Positions 14,175 to 28,909 of a DNA stretch of 62,731 nucleotides are shown here, one piece after another. How positions within the stretch are numbered: the stretch's first letter is position 1; every line of letters begins with the position of its first letter. The notes below the pieces were generated by a model. The model saw only the letters and a list, made by a program, of their open reading frames with translations. It ran no database searches and had not been told where the DNA came from. The position numbers and the translations under genes were made by a program. The DNA comes from Bigelowiella natans CCMP2755 (lineage: Eukaryota; Protista; Cercozoa): the NCBI GenBank assembly GCA_000320545.1, contig ADNK01000333.1, forward strand, positions 1 through 62,731. The letters are read 5' to 3'.

Positions 14175-14989
14175 CACGCGACTACAAGAGACGGAACTAT
14201 GCATGGAACCAACCAGCTACTGGATCCCCGTGTCGCTTTTTGCAATAACTCTCCAGTCAGCACCAAAGAAAGAGACTCAAGCTCTGAGTGTGCGCAGAGA
14301 TTGAACGTGTTTTCACGACACACCTAGGTCAGCCTTGCGGATCACGATTTCGAGGACTCTGACGTCGATGACATGGCCACGCAAGGACAGCCGTTGAGCA
14401 CTGTGCAGGTAGAAGCTCCTAGACCGCTTCGAGAGGAGCTTGTTTCCTCTCGTCTAAGTTCATAAAGCGATAAATCAAGTCATCGTGTACTACACATGCA
14501 TGCGATGCAATTCCCAATCCCCCCTCCCTCCCTTCCCCCCCGTCTTCATCGGCCAGTTTTCATTAGAGGTGTATTCGATTCTTAGCGCATCGTTCATACG
14601 CGAAGCATCTTGTGGAAGGAAGGCATCTTCTCCCCAGAGCCAAAATCGGTTACTACACGCGTACAATAGACAATAATAACGCTAAGTAGTGGACTATCAT
14701 AACTGCAGCTAAGCTGAACGTCGAGTCGGTATGCTCACGTACCGCGCACGCGCCGCCGGCTTCAACAGCTGTTTTAACAATGAATGACGAAACTGCGTGA
14801 AACGATGGATTAGGGAGGGAAAAGCCGCAGCTTCCTCTTCGGAGCAAACGTCTCGCTGAACTCCACAGCTCAATCCGACTTTCACATGCTCTCCTCCTCG
14901 TCAGCGGCCCCTGAAACAACTCTCGATAGCACCAAGGTAGCGCTACGTGTCCCATCTTCCTATGGTAAATGGGAGGAATGTATTTATGT

Positions 14990-15065
<76 letters not shown>

Positions 15066-15608
15066 AGCTCATGGCGTTAGACGTCACTGTCCTCGTCCCC
15101 CCTTGCAAAAGGCCATTTCGAGTGTAGACAAAATGCGCTCGGTTCTGTTTTTCGGAGCTCAAAATATTTGAAAAAGAAGGAAGCCAGAATTAAGAAGCCC
15201 GCTCCTCGCAACCGAGCGAGAGGGGGCGCGCTCGGCCCCACCAATGTTTTTCCATGCAATGAGATAATTTGAACACTGTAACATACACACGTGAAGTGAA
15301 TACCTCATGCGAGCTGTCCGTTTTATGTTCCAGGAACCAAACGCACTAGAATACCGTCAGCAGATCGAATGGGTGTATGGATATAACGGCCGCAATGGTA
15401 ACGAAGAACGAGCAGTAAGAGAGAGTGGGAGAGAGGGGGGGGGGGGGGGGGAGGCGTGGACCTGAACATGGAGGAAGGGATGCAAAGAGCTTGTCTTCTT
15501 GTGCATCGTTGTTTAATTTACCTGATCTAAATGAGCTGCCGGTACACCGAACGATGGGTTTCGCATGTGGCCTTCATTTTTTGAATATTTAAATTGAGTA
15601 GCTTGGTG

Positions 15609-15649
<41 letters not shown>

Positions 15650-16154
15650 TATACACTTGAAATAGGGCATTCGAACATCGTTTATGGTCCTGGTGGAGCG
15701 ATTGTATATCCATGCGGACGAATTCTTATATCATTCCATCCGAAACGCCACACACAGGTGCCAAGGGAGGAGGAAAAGGGGGCGGAGGGGGGGGGGGGTA
15801 GAATAACAGCATCGCTATGTACACGCCTCAAATGGCGCTCGAGGTCGCTCTCCCTCTTTCATCTTATAGTGCGCGGGAATAATACACTCTGATCTCACAC
15901 GAAGTTTACCGAGCCAATCGTGGCCTATTTTTATGTCTGTATCTGTGAACGTACAGTCATTCTACTTGGAGCACCAAGCGACGATTACGTGCATAGCGCA
16001 GGCCAATTTGGGTAAGTTCGCAGGGGCGAGCGGCGTCGCAGGGACGGAATTCGCGGCGACGGGCGAGGAGAGGCCAGGCTACAAAGGCGGTGTGCAAAGA
16101 CTTCCCGGTTGAATGAGCATACGAGCACATCATGCATGCTATATATTAGTGTTT

Positions 16155-16194
<40 letters not shown>

Positions 16195-17498
16195 ATGTGT
16201 GCGTGTGTGTGTGCGTTCCATAATGAATCTTTCACCGTGATCTCTCTAATTCTCCCCAGTTGAAATCAACTAAAGTCGCTTCTTGCTTCCCCCTCTCCTT
16301 CCTCGCGCAGCAATTCACATCGTAGACCTGCGGACGATGACGTGCATTATACGCCTGGACAACGCGCACACTACTTCTGTGCGCAACCTGGGTCTTAAAA
16401 CATATCTTGCACGAAGAAACGAAAACCAAAAAAGACTGCCGCCTCTAAATACTAGATTTCAAATTAAAAATAAAGATAAAACAACCCGTTTTCCGCTTCT
16501 ACATCGACGCCGTCATTAGTGCCTACATGCTAGAGTAACCGACACTCAGGATTGGCCAGGATTTACTGAGAGCAGCACAATCTAATTTTGATCTTTGGTA
16601 TGTTTCGATCGTCAGCTTTCGCCAGAGATTCGCGCCTGTTGGCCTCCGTTAGCGCTCCCCCCTCCCCGACAATAACCATCTGGAACTGGCGGAAGAGAGA
16701 ACGAATGTGCTCGGTACCATCACTATGAGAAGGCTCTTCTTTGACTTTTTAGAAAAAGAAGTGCGTGGAAAGCGGGCTATATTTCGGGGCAGGGATATCC
16801 ACTCTGCAAATGGCTTTTATCAGCGCCGTTTGACAGCTTTGCAGAATCTTCCCCGCCCCGAAACACGCGCGCGCATGAGAGCAACATCACCACGAGCGAG
16901 CCTGCTGCCGCTATTGGTGTATCCTGACGTTGACTCCTTCGTCCTCGCCTCTGTATAATACAGGTGGAGTTGAAAGGAGTCGAGGCCGTTTATGATATGA
17001 AATGGTCAAATACACACACACCCATCCTCGCGACAGTTGGCAAGCAGCACGCATCCATTTGGAGCTATGAAGGGAATAAGATGCTGCACGCGCCGCTCAA
17101 GCCTGACCCCGCCAATGGCTTCACCCGCACGTCCTTCTCCTCACTCGCCTTCCTCCCCAAAGGTACACGCAAGATAGTGTCCAAAGACGCTTCAGGAGAG
17201 ATTTCGCTCGTTTGTTTTATTTTTTAGCGCAGTGATTCTGGACGTCAGGGCGGGGTTGAGGGGGCATATATATGTGTACATATGTGTGTGTGTTATATAC
17301 ATAATATACATTCATATATCGTCTCCAAGCACAGCGATGCATATCTGATTGGTAGCATCATTCCGCATTGAATGTTGGATAGGTGACGTGGCGTTGGGTT
17401 GTCAGGGCGCAGGCCAGGTTCGCCTACAGCATGCAGCATTTATTACTATTCCAACCCCGCAATTGAGCGTGTGGTTGAGAGGAGGAGAGATTTTGATT

Positions 17499-17541
<43 letters not shown>

Positions 17542-18299
17542 TACGGCACTGTATGCGGTAACAAAGCGCTATGTGCCTTCGTCGAGCAGGTATATGTCGT
17601 TGACACCGGTGGAAATTGCAAAGCGCGGGCGTCGCTGCATCAAGGTTGCTTCGCTTGGGCATTCTTGGCGAAATGACGCCATTAGGCAGTAGCGATTAGA
17701 GAAAGCATTGCGAAGAGGAAAGAGAGAATGATGGAGCGTCGTGGGATTGAAACGGGGCATTTGATGGCATGGCCTTGGGACTCAGCCTTTCTAGCTTTTC
17801 TTCCGATTTTCTTCCTTCTTTTCTCACCCAACCAACACTCTCTGCCAATCGTTCGTCCAGTCATTTACTGAGAGAGTAGCGGATGAATCTTCTCTCATCA
17901 AACACAATACTTCCTCGATTAACGCCGGTAACATGTACTGCGAAAAGGAACCGTTTTCACGATGCTCAGCGTGCAGACGCTGAGTGGCTGGCGGCTTATA
18001 ACGGGGAGTAAGGACAAGACGGTATCTACTAAGTACCATATCGCGCGTGTGAATAGAGGACAGAAGCTGCTTTAATGGGGGGGGGGGGCTGCTCGCAAGA
18101 AACGTGTACGCTTTTCTGACAGTTTTGCTTGTCGGTTTTTCCTCCAGGTGTGCGTTTCATCGCTCTCATCGGGGTGTCCATTCGCGCTGCACAGGATTAG
18201 CTTTTGCCACTCCGTGCGGTCGTTGTGCGCAATCCCGGGAGTCACGAACGACTTTGGTGGGGACCACTTTACACAAGAGCAGCTGCGATATAAGAATGA

Positions 18300-18330
<31 letters not shown>

Positions 18331-18554
18331 ATCGCGTGTTCTATTACGCGTGCAGCTTTTGAGATGGATAATAATCAACACCAGGCCTCGTCGTCGGCAC
18401 GATTGCGAGTGATATCTTCTGGACAAATGCTTTGAGTGCAGACGACCTCATTGAGAAGGAAGATAGGTGGTTTTGTGAAAATATCAGCGTCACGACACTC
18501 GAGAATCATGCACCCTCTTCATGAGCAAATGTGCTCATTTTATTTGTAAATGTT

Positions 18555-18593
<39 letters not shown>

Positions 18594-19077
18594 GTCTGCA
18601 TGTGTGTGTGTGTGTGTGTGTGTTTGTGTGTGCCAAGAAACCCGATTGTATGTGGCCATTTCGATGGAGAAGTATGGGGATTAGACGTCGATACGAACAC
18701 GCAAGGTGGGAGGAGAAGCAACACCGATACGACACAATAATGACGATAAAGAGAGGGTAGCGGTCACCTGAAATCCATTCGTTTGTCTAAGGAGCTCAGT
18801 GCTGCTAACAGCACTCGGGTGTACGTCGAGTCGTTTTTTGCTTGAGTTGTGGTGTTTTCGGACGAAACTAGTCGGCGCACTCTCTAAAGTTGTCTTTGCC
18901 TTCGCGTCTTTCACAACTGATTTTGCCTCATGCTAGATGAGCGCCGCAGCCGGTTTGTGACCACCGGAGAGGACAACCAGCTGATCATGTGGGATATGAT
19001 CAAGAAAACAGCGGTAACTTACCGAATTCGCGCATTAAGGGCTTAAACACCTGTTTATGTGTGTGTATGTGTGTGTT

Positions 19078-19131
<54 letters not shown>

Positions 19132-19305
19132 CTCTCAATCACCTTTTTATTGGGAGAATGAGTCTTGTATTGAGAGGCCAGGCGGTGTGCATTTCTCTGC
19201 TCACTCATTCTCGTATCGCTTGTTAGGTTATGCGTACACGGATATCAGATGACCAAACCTTGCCTTCCGCTCCTGGCCGTATCAAGGTGAGAGCGGCAGC
19301 AGCAG

Positions 19306-19357
<52 letters not shown>

Positions 19358-20049
19358 TTGAGAATGTTTTGAATTTATATTTTGCAGAGGCGCCAAGCAG
19401 GTTCAGCTTCTTCCCACGCACTGGCGTTATCCTCTCGGTTCTCTATCATTCGTATTTTCTGAAAATCTACGCAATTTTAAACAGCTCACCCAGTAAAAAC
19501 AAAGGTTTCATTTGCGGAAAGACTGTTCAACTCGATGTCATTGCTTTCTCTTCCCCTGACTGTTCTTATACGTCTCCTCATGCACTCTCAGCGCCGTTGC
19601 GTTATCTCCAAATGGTGTCCATATCGCTGTCGGCACAAATACAGGTTGAAAGCGGTTCTTTGCGAGAGCTCTCTTAATTTATTTACTTTCATGAATTCTC
19701 TCGGTGATGACTCGACCAAATCGCTCGAGTTTTTGTATTGGTGTGTGCTTATTCTTTCCGAAATTTTGGTGATTCATTTCTTCTCGAGGTGTGAGATTTA
19801 AGATTGTATACAGAGTCGAATTGATGATATTTCTATAAGATACCGCGAAGATTCGTTTGTTTGTGTTCTCCTCCTCTCCCCCCCTCTTTGCCATTCGAAC
19901 CTGGAATTTTTGCTAGCGTCATTTTCACAAGTTGCAGAACAAATTGCATCCTTTTGAGATCGTCCTTGCCGTCCTTGTGTACTATAGGGAAACTCTTCAT
20001 TTTCGAGGCTGCGACCCTGAAAAGGTGACATGAGACGATAGTTTCAGGA

Positions 20050-20080
<31 letters not shown>

Positions 20081-22501
20081 AGATTTCATCATATACCACG
20101 TTTCAATCGTCGTAGAAGTTGATGCGTTGGATGTGTTTCTAGAGCTGGGAGGGAGAGGCGGAGGGGGGCAGGGCACATATTTACCGGGGAACCATCCTTT
20201 TATTATTTTGGATTCAAGTTAATAGCCAGCGCGTTCGTTCCTTCATCTATCCATTTTCTTCTCGTTTCTCAGGATTGAGTGCCGCGATTTATCGAACGTG
20301 CGGAAAGTTTCTTACTCGCCAGCATCCCCACGCGGGTCTCGCTCACGATCGGTGCCTTCTGCCATCGGCGTCTTACGGTAACGTAAAGACCTCCAAGGAA
20401 AGATTCCTCGATGACGCATTATAAGTGCAGTTGTAGAGAGAGAGGGAGGGAAGGGGGGAGGGAGGGAGAGAGGGGTGCAGCAGAGAAAACATGCGGCATC
20501 ATCTGATCTCGTTGTTTCTTCTCTATTTTTTGCGTTTTGGCTTTGATGCCATTGTGTCTTGGGGTGGCCTTGGCCGAAGGTACTCTCCCGACTCGCGAAT
20601 CCTCGCGGTGGGGATGCAAAACGCCATTACCATTCTGTGCGACACGAAGAAGGGCTATGCCGTAAAGGGCTACCTGGGCTCACATAAGGTACCGTTTGCA
20701 CCCGAGATTTCCATATTTCCGGCGCAATCTAGAAGTTGAAAGAAAATCATGTGCAAAGCCGATGGCCCGGTGCGTTTCTGGGCCGCCTTTGACGACGATG
20801 ATCCTTTTTGGTTGAAAGGCTCCTGTGACACACATGGATTGGTCAATCAATGGGCGGCACCTCCGCTCCGTTGCAGCCGATCACAGGCTATGCTACTTTG
20901 ATATCAATAAGGTGCGAGTGCTCTTGCGAGGACGATGCATGGAGAGGGGGGCGGGCGAGTGGGTTTTTTGCGGGGAAAGTTACATGCTGAGGATGGTGTC
21001 TAACACTGTATTATCGGAGAGTTAGGACCTACCCCATCTATGCGTCACCTTTCTTTTTCTTTCTCTTGGGCCACTGGGGGAGAGTTTGCCTTTGCCTTTT
21101 ATTTTTTGGGATTGGGAGTCTCCCGGGCTTGGTAGGTAATTGTGCCGACGAATTCGGTGGCACTTACGCGTATAACTCCAGGAGCAACTGTCCAAGTCAA
21201 AGAGCAATATCTACCCGCGGCTCTTCCGCAACACCTCTTGGAAGTCTCAGACCTGCATCTTCTCGTAATCGCCGCATTTGTTTTCGAGCGTACGATGTCG
21301 TATTGAGTCAATTTGGGGGGTGTTTATGGCCAGTGAGGTTTGGCAAATAAAGCATTGCTTTTGCCAGAACACGTACACGTGCATGATATGTACGGCTTAA
21401 GGTATTCAAAATAATTCTATCTGTTTATATAAATTGTGTTTTTGCCTTTTTCCTCTGCCCCTCCCCCCCCTCCCATTTCTACTCCAAAGGTACACGACAC
21501 AAGGCCTCCACCTCGATTCGGAGAAGAAAGACGATATAGCAACCTCGCCATCTTTCGCAGAAACAAGTGGAAGCCGGAAAAGCAAGGGCGTGCTCCCAGC
21601 ACAAATTCTTTGCGTTGACGTTGCCAGGAAGAAAGCCATCATCGCTGCCGGAGATGAGGAGGTGTAGATTATTTTTGTAGTGCATTTATCCCTCGGCGTC
21701 TTTTTTTTAAGAAAAAAAGAAGTGCATGGAAGGCCATAAAAGTCAGCACATGAAGCTGAGAGGCGTGTATTCATTGCTGTTAGGGATATGTGCATCTTGT
21801 CCGAAGTCCTTGCCTAGAGCCCTCCGCTCAACGAAAATCCGCTAACGCGCACTCCGTGTTGGTAAAAAAAATTCACATACTGTCTCAAAGCAATAGAGCT
21901 TCCTTCACATGAACATCGCGTGTTTGTATGAACCGAAGGCGTTCTATTGTACGCTGGTTTGAAGATGGTAGATGTTTTAACATGAAAATATTGACGTTTC
22001 TTTGTGTGTGCGGCAAGGTCGGCCAAGTACGATTCGCGGACAGCGAGAGCAAGATTCTTTCTGTGGGCGCAGGTAGTAGAAATACCAGCAACACCAACCT
22101 AACTATAACTTCACCAGCGGCTGTTACTCAAATACGACAGCCTCCATTTTATTCGAATCAAAACTAATCAATGCCCGTCTTTGGAACTGCTACCTAAGGC
22201 GACCGAACCATCATTCAATGGAGGCTGGAGAATACCGTGGAAGATACGCAATACGACGGTATGGTAGAGCGGAAAGATAGGGTCTTCGGCGCACAGCAAC
22301 CGCAGACGTTCTCTCTTGGTTAGCTTGTCATTCTTGTCGAGCTGTTGAAGACGACGAACACGATGATATCCATGTATGCTGATGTTCCCGCCATCATCTA
22401 CGCACGCCACAGTGTTGATTAGCTTAAATTCGAGCATCGGATTCTCAGCGCGGTAGATAAGACCTTTGCATGTTGCAACTGACGATGACGTGCCCAATTA
22501 G
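11226..22501 (+). CDS. Echinoderm microtubule-associated protein-like (EML/EMAP) HELP-WD40 protein with long N-terminal extension and EF-hand-like motif; many small exons
   Basis: HELP motif at about 15333-15397 (QIEWVYGYNGRN), then GHSNIVYGPGGAIVYPCG, SFYLEHQATITCIA, AVYDMKWS...LATVG, GHFDGEVWGLD, FVTTGEDNQLIMWD, YSPDSRILAVG...GYLGSHK, VTHMDWSINGRHLRS, QVRFADSESKILSVGAG / DRTIIQWRL. EF-hand-like exon at about 13971-14077 (FQRADHDSSGVMTLAETESFV). The start codon and the joining of the 11.2-15.3 kb exons to the WD40 part are inferred. Confidence 0.8.
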
Positions 22502-23460
22502 TTCAGAGAGCTAGTATGTGTCGTGTGGGTGATGAACGTCGGAAAAGGAGGCATCGATCGCGCGCGCACGTGCAACTTATTGCCGTTTCACATGCAGATT
22601 ATGGTGTGAGCCAGCGCTGTGACGACTGCGCGCGTTTATTTGCTTAACTACTAGCCTGTCAAGTCATTGTGCAAGTAACATGCATGCCTGATGCGGAAGA
22701 CGATGTATAAAGATTCAGATTTCTAGATGTGCCAACACAATATAAAGGGAACAATACTTGCGCATACTACGTTGCGATTGCTAGATTGTCATTGTTGGAT
22801 TAGTTTGTTTGCGTGAATAATTAATGTAAATGTAAGCAGCATGCAATATTCATGTGCGTGGCTATAGCAGCTGCACGCTGCACGCACATGTGTACCCAGC
22901 TAGCCAGTACGTAGTAAAGCAAATGAAAACAATAATGGCGTGCACATGCTATGAGCCAACACACGTAATCGCATGGAATTCACGACGCATGTTTGTTAAG
23001 CGGCCGGATGCAATATTGCATTGATGACCACATTGACACATCATTCTTTGATCGAATGTGTGGCGTGCACTATACACTAGTACAGGGCATGTGACGATGC
23101 TAGCAGGGTGGTATACAGCAGCTGTGCAACATCCACGCACTATAGCTGTGGCACCGTACAGCGCTCAATTTTCATTTGTCAAGCCTTTGTCTCAGCTGTC
23201 TGGGTTCGGCATATGTTCGTGAAAGCGCAAGCTGTTATTATTGACATTGCTATTGCTAGAATGCGGCGCCTGCGGCATATATGCTACAGTGACATGCGGC
23301 GCACGCGTGCTTTTGCTCATTGTAGCTTGCACACATCACAGTGTGTTTTGGCATGCAGATAGTAGACGCAAGACTCACGTGACGTACTCCGCATTATTCA
23401 ACATCGTCAACATGATGACGAGCGTAAGGCTGCCACCACACGACCATGAAGCCACTCGTC

Positions 23461-24980
23461 TATTTACCACTGCCGTCATCCTTCTCCACCTCCCCACAGT
23501 CGACAACCTAATCATTTGATTGCGCAACAAGGTGAGCTGACAAAACATGTGCATGTGCTAGCATTGCATCCGACAGCACGGACGGAGTTCTTGCCGGTAT
23601 CATCACTGCATGTGTGTATGTGTGTGTGTGTATATGTGTGAAGAATGAAGTCTTTAGTGCGGTCGGTCTTTCTATCTATCTTACCACTACACGGAACGCC
23701 GTGCTCCCAGTCGATGAGCCGACTTTTTCGATTTCCTTCACAGTGTTCATACCCGATACCACCTCGCCGAAGACAACGTGCCTGCGTAGAGGTTTCAGCT
23801 TTACGATGAGAACGAAACGAGCGTGCGCGATTACTAGTCTCTCCTTTGAAATATGGGGGGAAATGCGCGTTAATGACCTTCCATCCAAATGCGGTGTAGA
23901 CTTTGTGCACACAAAAAACTGCGAACCTGCATGATTGTGGCGATGACAGCGTCAAAGCAAGCTGCTGCTGCTGTTGTGTGCTATATTTTACCGTTTGTGT
24001 TGGCGCCTCTGTTGGCCATCGAAAGGATTCCAGGACCTGGCATTGTTCATAAACGTCGGAATTGATAACTTATATATCATAAAAAGGTATTATATGCACG
24101 CACGTTTTTGTCTCGCACAAAAACGTCATCTGCACACACCGTTCAACTTAAAGAGGTGTCGGATAATTACCAGTGTGCTTCAAGTCGAAGTTCTCGTCAG
24201 CAAAGGTTGAGCCTGTGATAAGGAAGGAGGAGGAGGAGGAGGAGGAAAGAGGGAGACGATGAGAGGGGAAGAGGGACAAAAGACAAACGATTCGAAGACA
24301 AAATAATTCTCCCTGCTAGCAAGCAAGCAATATCTGTGAGTTATTGCATCAGTCACTACCGTATATCGAGGCCCCCCCCGTTCCGTTATGGTTCGTGAAA
24401 TCCCCCCCTTGGCACATAAATCCTGGAATTACTCGATGGAATGTGGAGCCCCTATCGAGCGGCAGCGGGCGGGGGACGGAGTAAGACAGAGAGCGATAGT
24501 CGAAGGAGGAAAGGAAAAAGAGAAATTTCCTCATGTGACTGAATTTCACGAAGATCTAATCAATGGGAACATGCACTCAAAACTGCGAAAACGTATGATG
24601 GCCACTTCCATCGTCGAATACCAACAGAGAGACGTTTCTGCAAATACAGGGCTGAGAATAGCGCACCAACAAATTTTGTCTAGATGCGTGCCGCCGAACA
24701 AAACAAAACTCGTCGGCGCGCGTGCTCTCAGTTGCGAATACAGTGCGGTTTGTATGTTCGGTTATACTTGTATCCGTAGCCCTTCTCCCCCGTGCACAGT
24801 GCTCGGAAGTTTTCCGCTGTCTTCGGAACATCTGCATGCGCGGAGGGATTTAAGTTAGGCTTGTTTCTTGCAAAAATCTCTGCCGTCAAAGCATTTTTGC
24901 ATTTCATAGATCTTAGACTGTATTTGCATGTCTTACGGTCTGAGCGGAGCAGAAATTCGATGCGTCCAGCAGGCGTGCCT

Positions 24981-25024
<44 letters not shown>

Positions 25025-25490
25025 CCACCACCTTTTACTTCTGATAAATCCAAAGCGACTCGGCGGACAACACACACTTATTCACTCGCCCTCCCCTCTT
25101 CCCCATGGCAAAAACTTCTCGTCGAACACGAGGAGTGAGCGCGGAACAACAGCAACAGCTTCGTGCACCCACCTCCTATCTCCATATCAAAGAATACTTT
25201 TGGAAGTTCGGCCCCCGGTTTTGGGGGAGGGTTCTCTGCGGTTTCGCGGAAAAGGGGGAAGAGGGGGAGAATGAGAAATGCTCAAGTCAAGATCCCAGTT
25301 GCGATTTCAGACACAATTATACAGTAGTTCGCTCGGTCATGGTCACAAGATATTTTGGGACAATGGAATTTGAAGAGACCTGCAGATGTTCCGCTCGTCC
25401 CGCCACCTTGCTGTTGTTTCTGCCACTGTGAGAAGTGAAACCCGGCGTAAGCCGCAGCACCGCCGCCAATCACAAGGGCTCCGATCTGCC
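23461..25490 (-). CDS. Cyclophilin-type peptidyl-prolyl cis-trans isomerase with N-terminal extension containing a hydrophobic segment
   Basis: Exons: [10 protein letters not shown] / [12 protein letters not shown] / [21 protein letters not shown] / [31 protein letters not shown] / [12 protein letters not shown] / [15 protein letters not shown] / [16 protein letters not shown] / [22 protein letters not shown] / VVDCGEVEK. The true start is probably slightly upstream (about 25610). Confidence 0.93.
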
Positions 25491-26375
25491 ATTGTTAGAG
25501 AACATCAGCCAATAGTACTCGAAAATTTTCGTCATGCGCACCTCTGAGTGCTAGTTCCTAAACCATGACGAAAACCACGCTTTACACTAATTTATTACCC
25601 GATTAAGCATGCTAATCCTCTACTTGAATTGAGTAGGGGGGGTGGGGTAGCGTTGACGTATCCTGTGTAGAAGGATGTATTTGGAACAAAATTCAAGCGA
25701 AATATATCTAAAAAATATTCTAATTGAATTTCTCCTGATTTCTTAAAAATCATATTACATTCCTGTACTGCGTCTGGATAATATGGGTGACTTTAGAGGA
25801 AATAGGATATTGTATTCCTGCTAATCCCACATCATCTTCCGGGCAGATTTTGATCCAAGAAATAACCTAGCCAAGATTTTGATCATTTTTATCAGGAAAA
25901 GGACATAATAAATGATTGCGACATCGATTAAAAGCATAATTTAATTCCTAAATCCAAAGGGGATCGCCCATAGCGGAATGGCGACTCCCGCTTCGGTAAA
26001 CGCTTTACAATCTCGAGAGAAAGCAGGGGGGGGAGGGGGAAAGAGAGGCAATAGATGGGGGATTTTTTTCCACAGAAAATGAATTAGGTCCATGATTGAG
26101 AACCAGGGGCAGGGCGATATCCTGACCGGATTTCGGTTTCGATGGAGCACCTAACTTGATTTTCCATGGCCAATGTGACTTTTGTGCATGATACTTTACT
26201 TCAGCTACCTGCCCGGGCGATGGCCAAGTTCATAGACCTGGTATATGATGGTGAATCATGACTTCGCCTTTTAAGAACCAGCTTCATTGTAGTTCATACA
26301 TGCATCTAAAGCGTGATATCGAATCATGGACCTCCCTCTTCTCGTTCTACTTAGGTTGCAAAAACGGCAGTGGCT

Positions 26376-27790
26376 TTATCGCTTGGGGGAATCTTCACCA
26401 TCAAAGGTGAGCAAGAGGGCCATTCCTCCGATGATCCTTTGTCGTACTCTTTGAGTATAAGAGGGGGTGCAGGGGCAAGGCACTGGCAGTTCAAGAAAAT
26501 GATACACAGATATTTCCTGCATATACGTCAGGCCTAGTGTTCTCGACGGCCTATGAAGTTGTTCTACCAGTGGTTTGGCAGGTATATTGATTCTGAAACG
26601 ACGGAGAAAGGAAGGAGAGATAACATTTGTAGGATATTTTTTTACGTGATTCATGATTGCGGCATCATGCGGTTGTTTCTTCGTTGTCTTAATCGTGAAT
26701 ATAGTAGATATCAATGCTGGGTCTCGACGCCCTCTAGCTTTCCATATTCTACGCTGCCCGACTCTCAGTTCCATCTTTTTCTTTTTCTTTACGCATGTAG
26801 GGCCAGACAGTGGGGAAGAAAGTGATGGATATAAGATTTAAAAGGTAAGGAAGGAGAAGAAGAAGAAGATGATGATGATAATGATGATGATGATGAAGAG
26901 GATACACGTTACTTTGTGCTGCCCCCCTCACCCCTCTTAGAGTCGATGGAAAGCCTATTGGAATTGGAACAACGGTGCAGATTATTTTAATGATGTGTTT
27001 TTGTCCTGCGGCAAAGCCAATATGTTTTCAGTCAGTTTTGGTGTGACTGTGTTGTGCACATTCCGGAGTTCGTTCGTGACGATGGCAAATAGTTTCAATG
27101 CTAATTCTACGTAGACTCTAGTTTTGAACCTGCCACTGGTATTCTGGCTCGTATTCTGATGCCATTCTTCTTCCTCCTCTTCTTCTTCTTTCTCCTTAAA
27201 ATATCCTAAGGTGCTAAGGAATCTAGGTGATTCTTTGTTCTGCTTCCTTGGTTTCTTCGCTGCGGCTGCTAGTAACAGGTTCTCCCTTTCAGCTTCATTG
27301 TCGCTCCCTCCCCGTGTCCATGCATTCAGAGTACAAAGACGCACAAACTCATGGACGCCATTAACCGTTGGCATTCTATTTTTTTTTAAAAAACCGATGA
27401 AGAACGATCGCGGACCGCATGGCAGGCACTGAAGTCATCTTTGATGTCAAAGCCAAAGCAAAGGAAACAACCCGCCGGAAAAAGAGAAAAGGTGATTTTT
27501 TGTAGGGGGTTGGTGATAGTGTCTAAATAGTGACTAAATCCCATCCCTTCTGGATGATACCTGTAGTATTTCACCATATAACCCCACAATTTTGTAAAAA
27601 GCCCGGAAATTCGTCGTGTCTGGCGTGAAGATCCGCTCCTCCCTCTGAGAAGAAAGGCCTTATATTCCTTTTGCAGCTTGGCAGCAGCAGAAGCAGCAGT
27701 ACGAATGCACAAAAGGCCAAGCAGCATGTCTTAAATTACAAGCAGCCCGATCAGCAGCATCAGTAGTTCGCCGTAGAAAAGCTGCTGCAT
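26376..27790 (-). pseudogene. Possible degraded or unmodelled hypothetical gene
   Basis: Consecutive ORF pieces (27727-27386, 27374-26982, 26774-26376), with an in-frame TAA after MQQLFYGELLMLLIGLLVI and a frame break at the T/A homopolymer near 27380-27394. No family recognised. Confidence 0.25.
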
Positions 27791-28909
27791 GTAGCTACTA
27801 TTGAGCAAGGTCGTACCCGCGGAATCAAATCTCGTCTGTGCACACATACCCAGATACGTGCGGCCACGTGAGACAAGCTAATCCATGAAATGCGGTAGCC
27901 TCTAGCGCAATATCGTTGCATATTATTCATCAAGAGAAAAACGCGTTTACCTTGATCGAGTGCAAATAACTGCTATTATGCTTTCACGTGTGGTGCGCAA
28001 TACGCACAGTATCGTATTGCGTAATTCTAGTTTAGTTGTCGTGAGACGTGTAAAATTTCGTCATCATTATCCACGATGGGCATTAATTGATTCTTACTAG
28101 CTTAGGCTATAAGGCTGGATTCATGGTGCGCATGCTGCATGTGGCGCATTCGAGTAAATGATCCATGTCTCTAGCTGATGACACGTACCGCACGTTAACT
28201 CTGTACGTCGTCATCTTCGGCATTTTTCGCGCGACGTACGTACAGCATGACAAGATGAAACTGAAACTGCCGAGATCAATGCATGACTCCATGCACTCTA
28301 GCACTTGCAATTGCAACAACCCCCAGATCTAGCAGATGCTAGGATGCCCAGGGACGGCGACATTTGGAAATGAGTGTTTTGTTTCAGTAGAAAGTGTCAG
28401 ATTTTGGTGTGAAACCGGGCTAGCAGGGCGTTTGAGTTGCACCAATCGAGAGTTGTCTGCCAACCATTGCTAGATTGCTTAGATTGGAATGCTAGAATGA
28501 ATGTTGTGCATGACGAACGAATGTTGCATCATGACAATCATAGTTGTCGATCTGTTGCGTATGCTAGCATGAACCATCGCAAATGGCGGCATCATCTAGA
28601 TCATTGACTTTCACCGATCTAGCGATAGCATTGTTTCGGTCTTTTCATCATGATGCGTCACACAATCCGTAGATCCAAACAAAATGGACAATGGCACTTT
28701 CAACCGTCGATGACACCTCATGTTCAAGCACATACGCACACACCTGGGCAAAGACAGGCTGCGCTAATGGCGACATCCATATGCACTAACAATTATTACA
28801 TTGCACAGCGCTGGTCATCTGTGTGGGCACAAACAACAATGCATGCCTGTCTTTAATGATGCCTATGCCAGTCAATCTAGAGGCTAGTGCATTACGTCGT
28901 TCATCGGCA

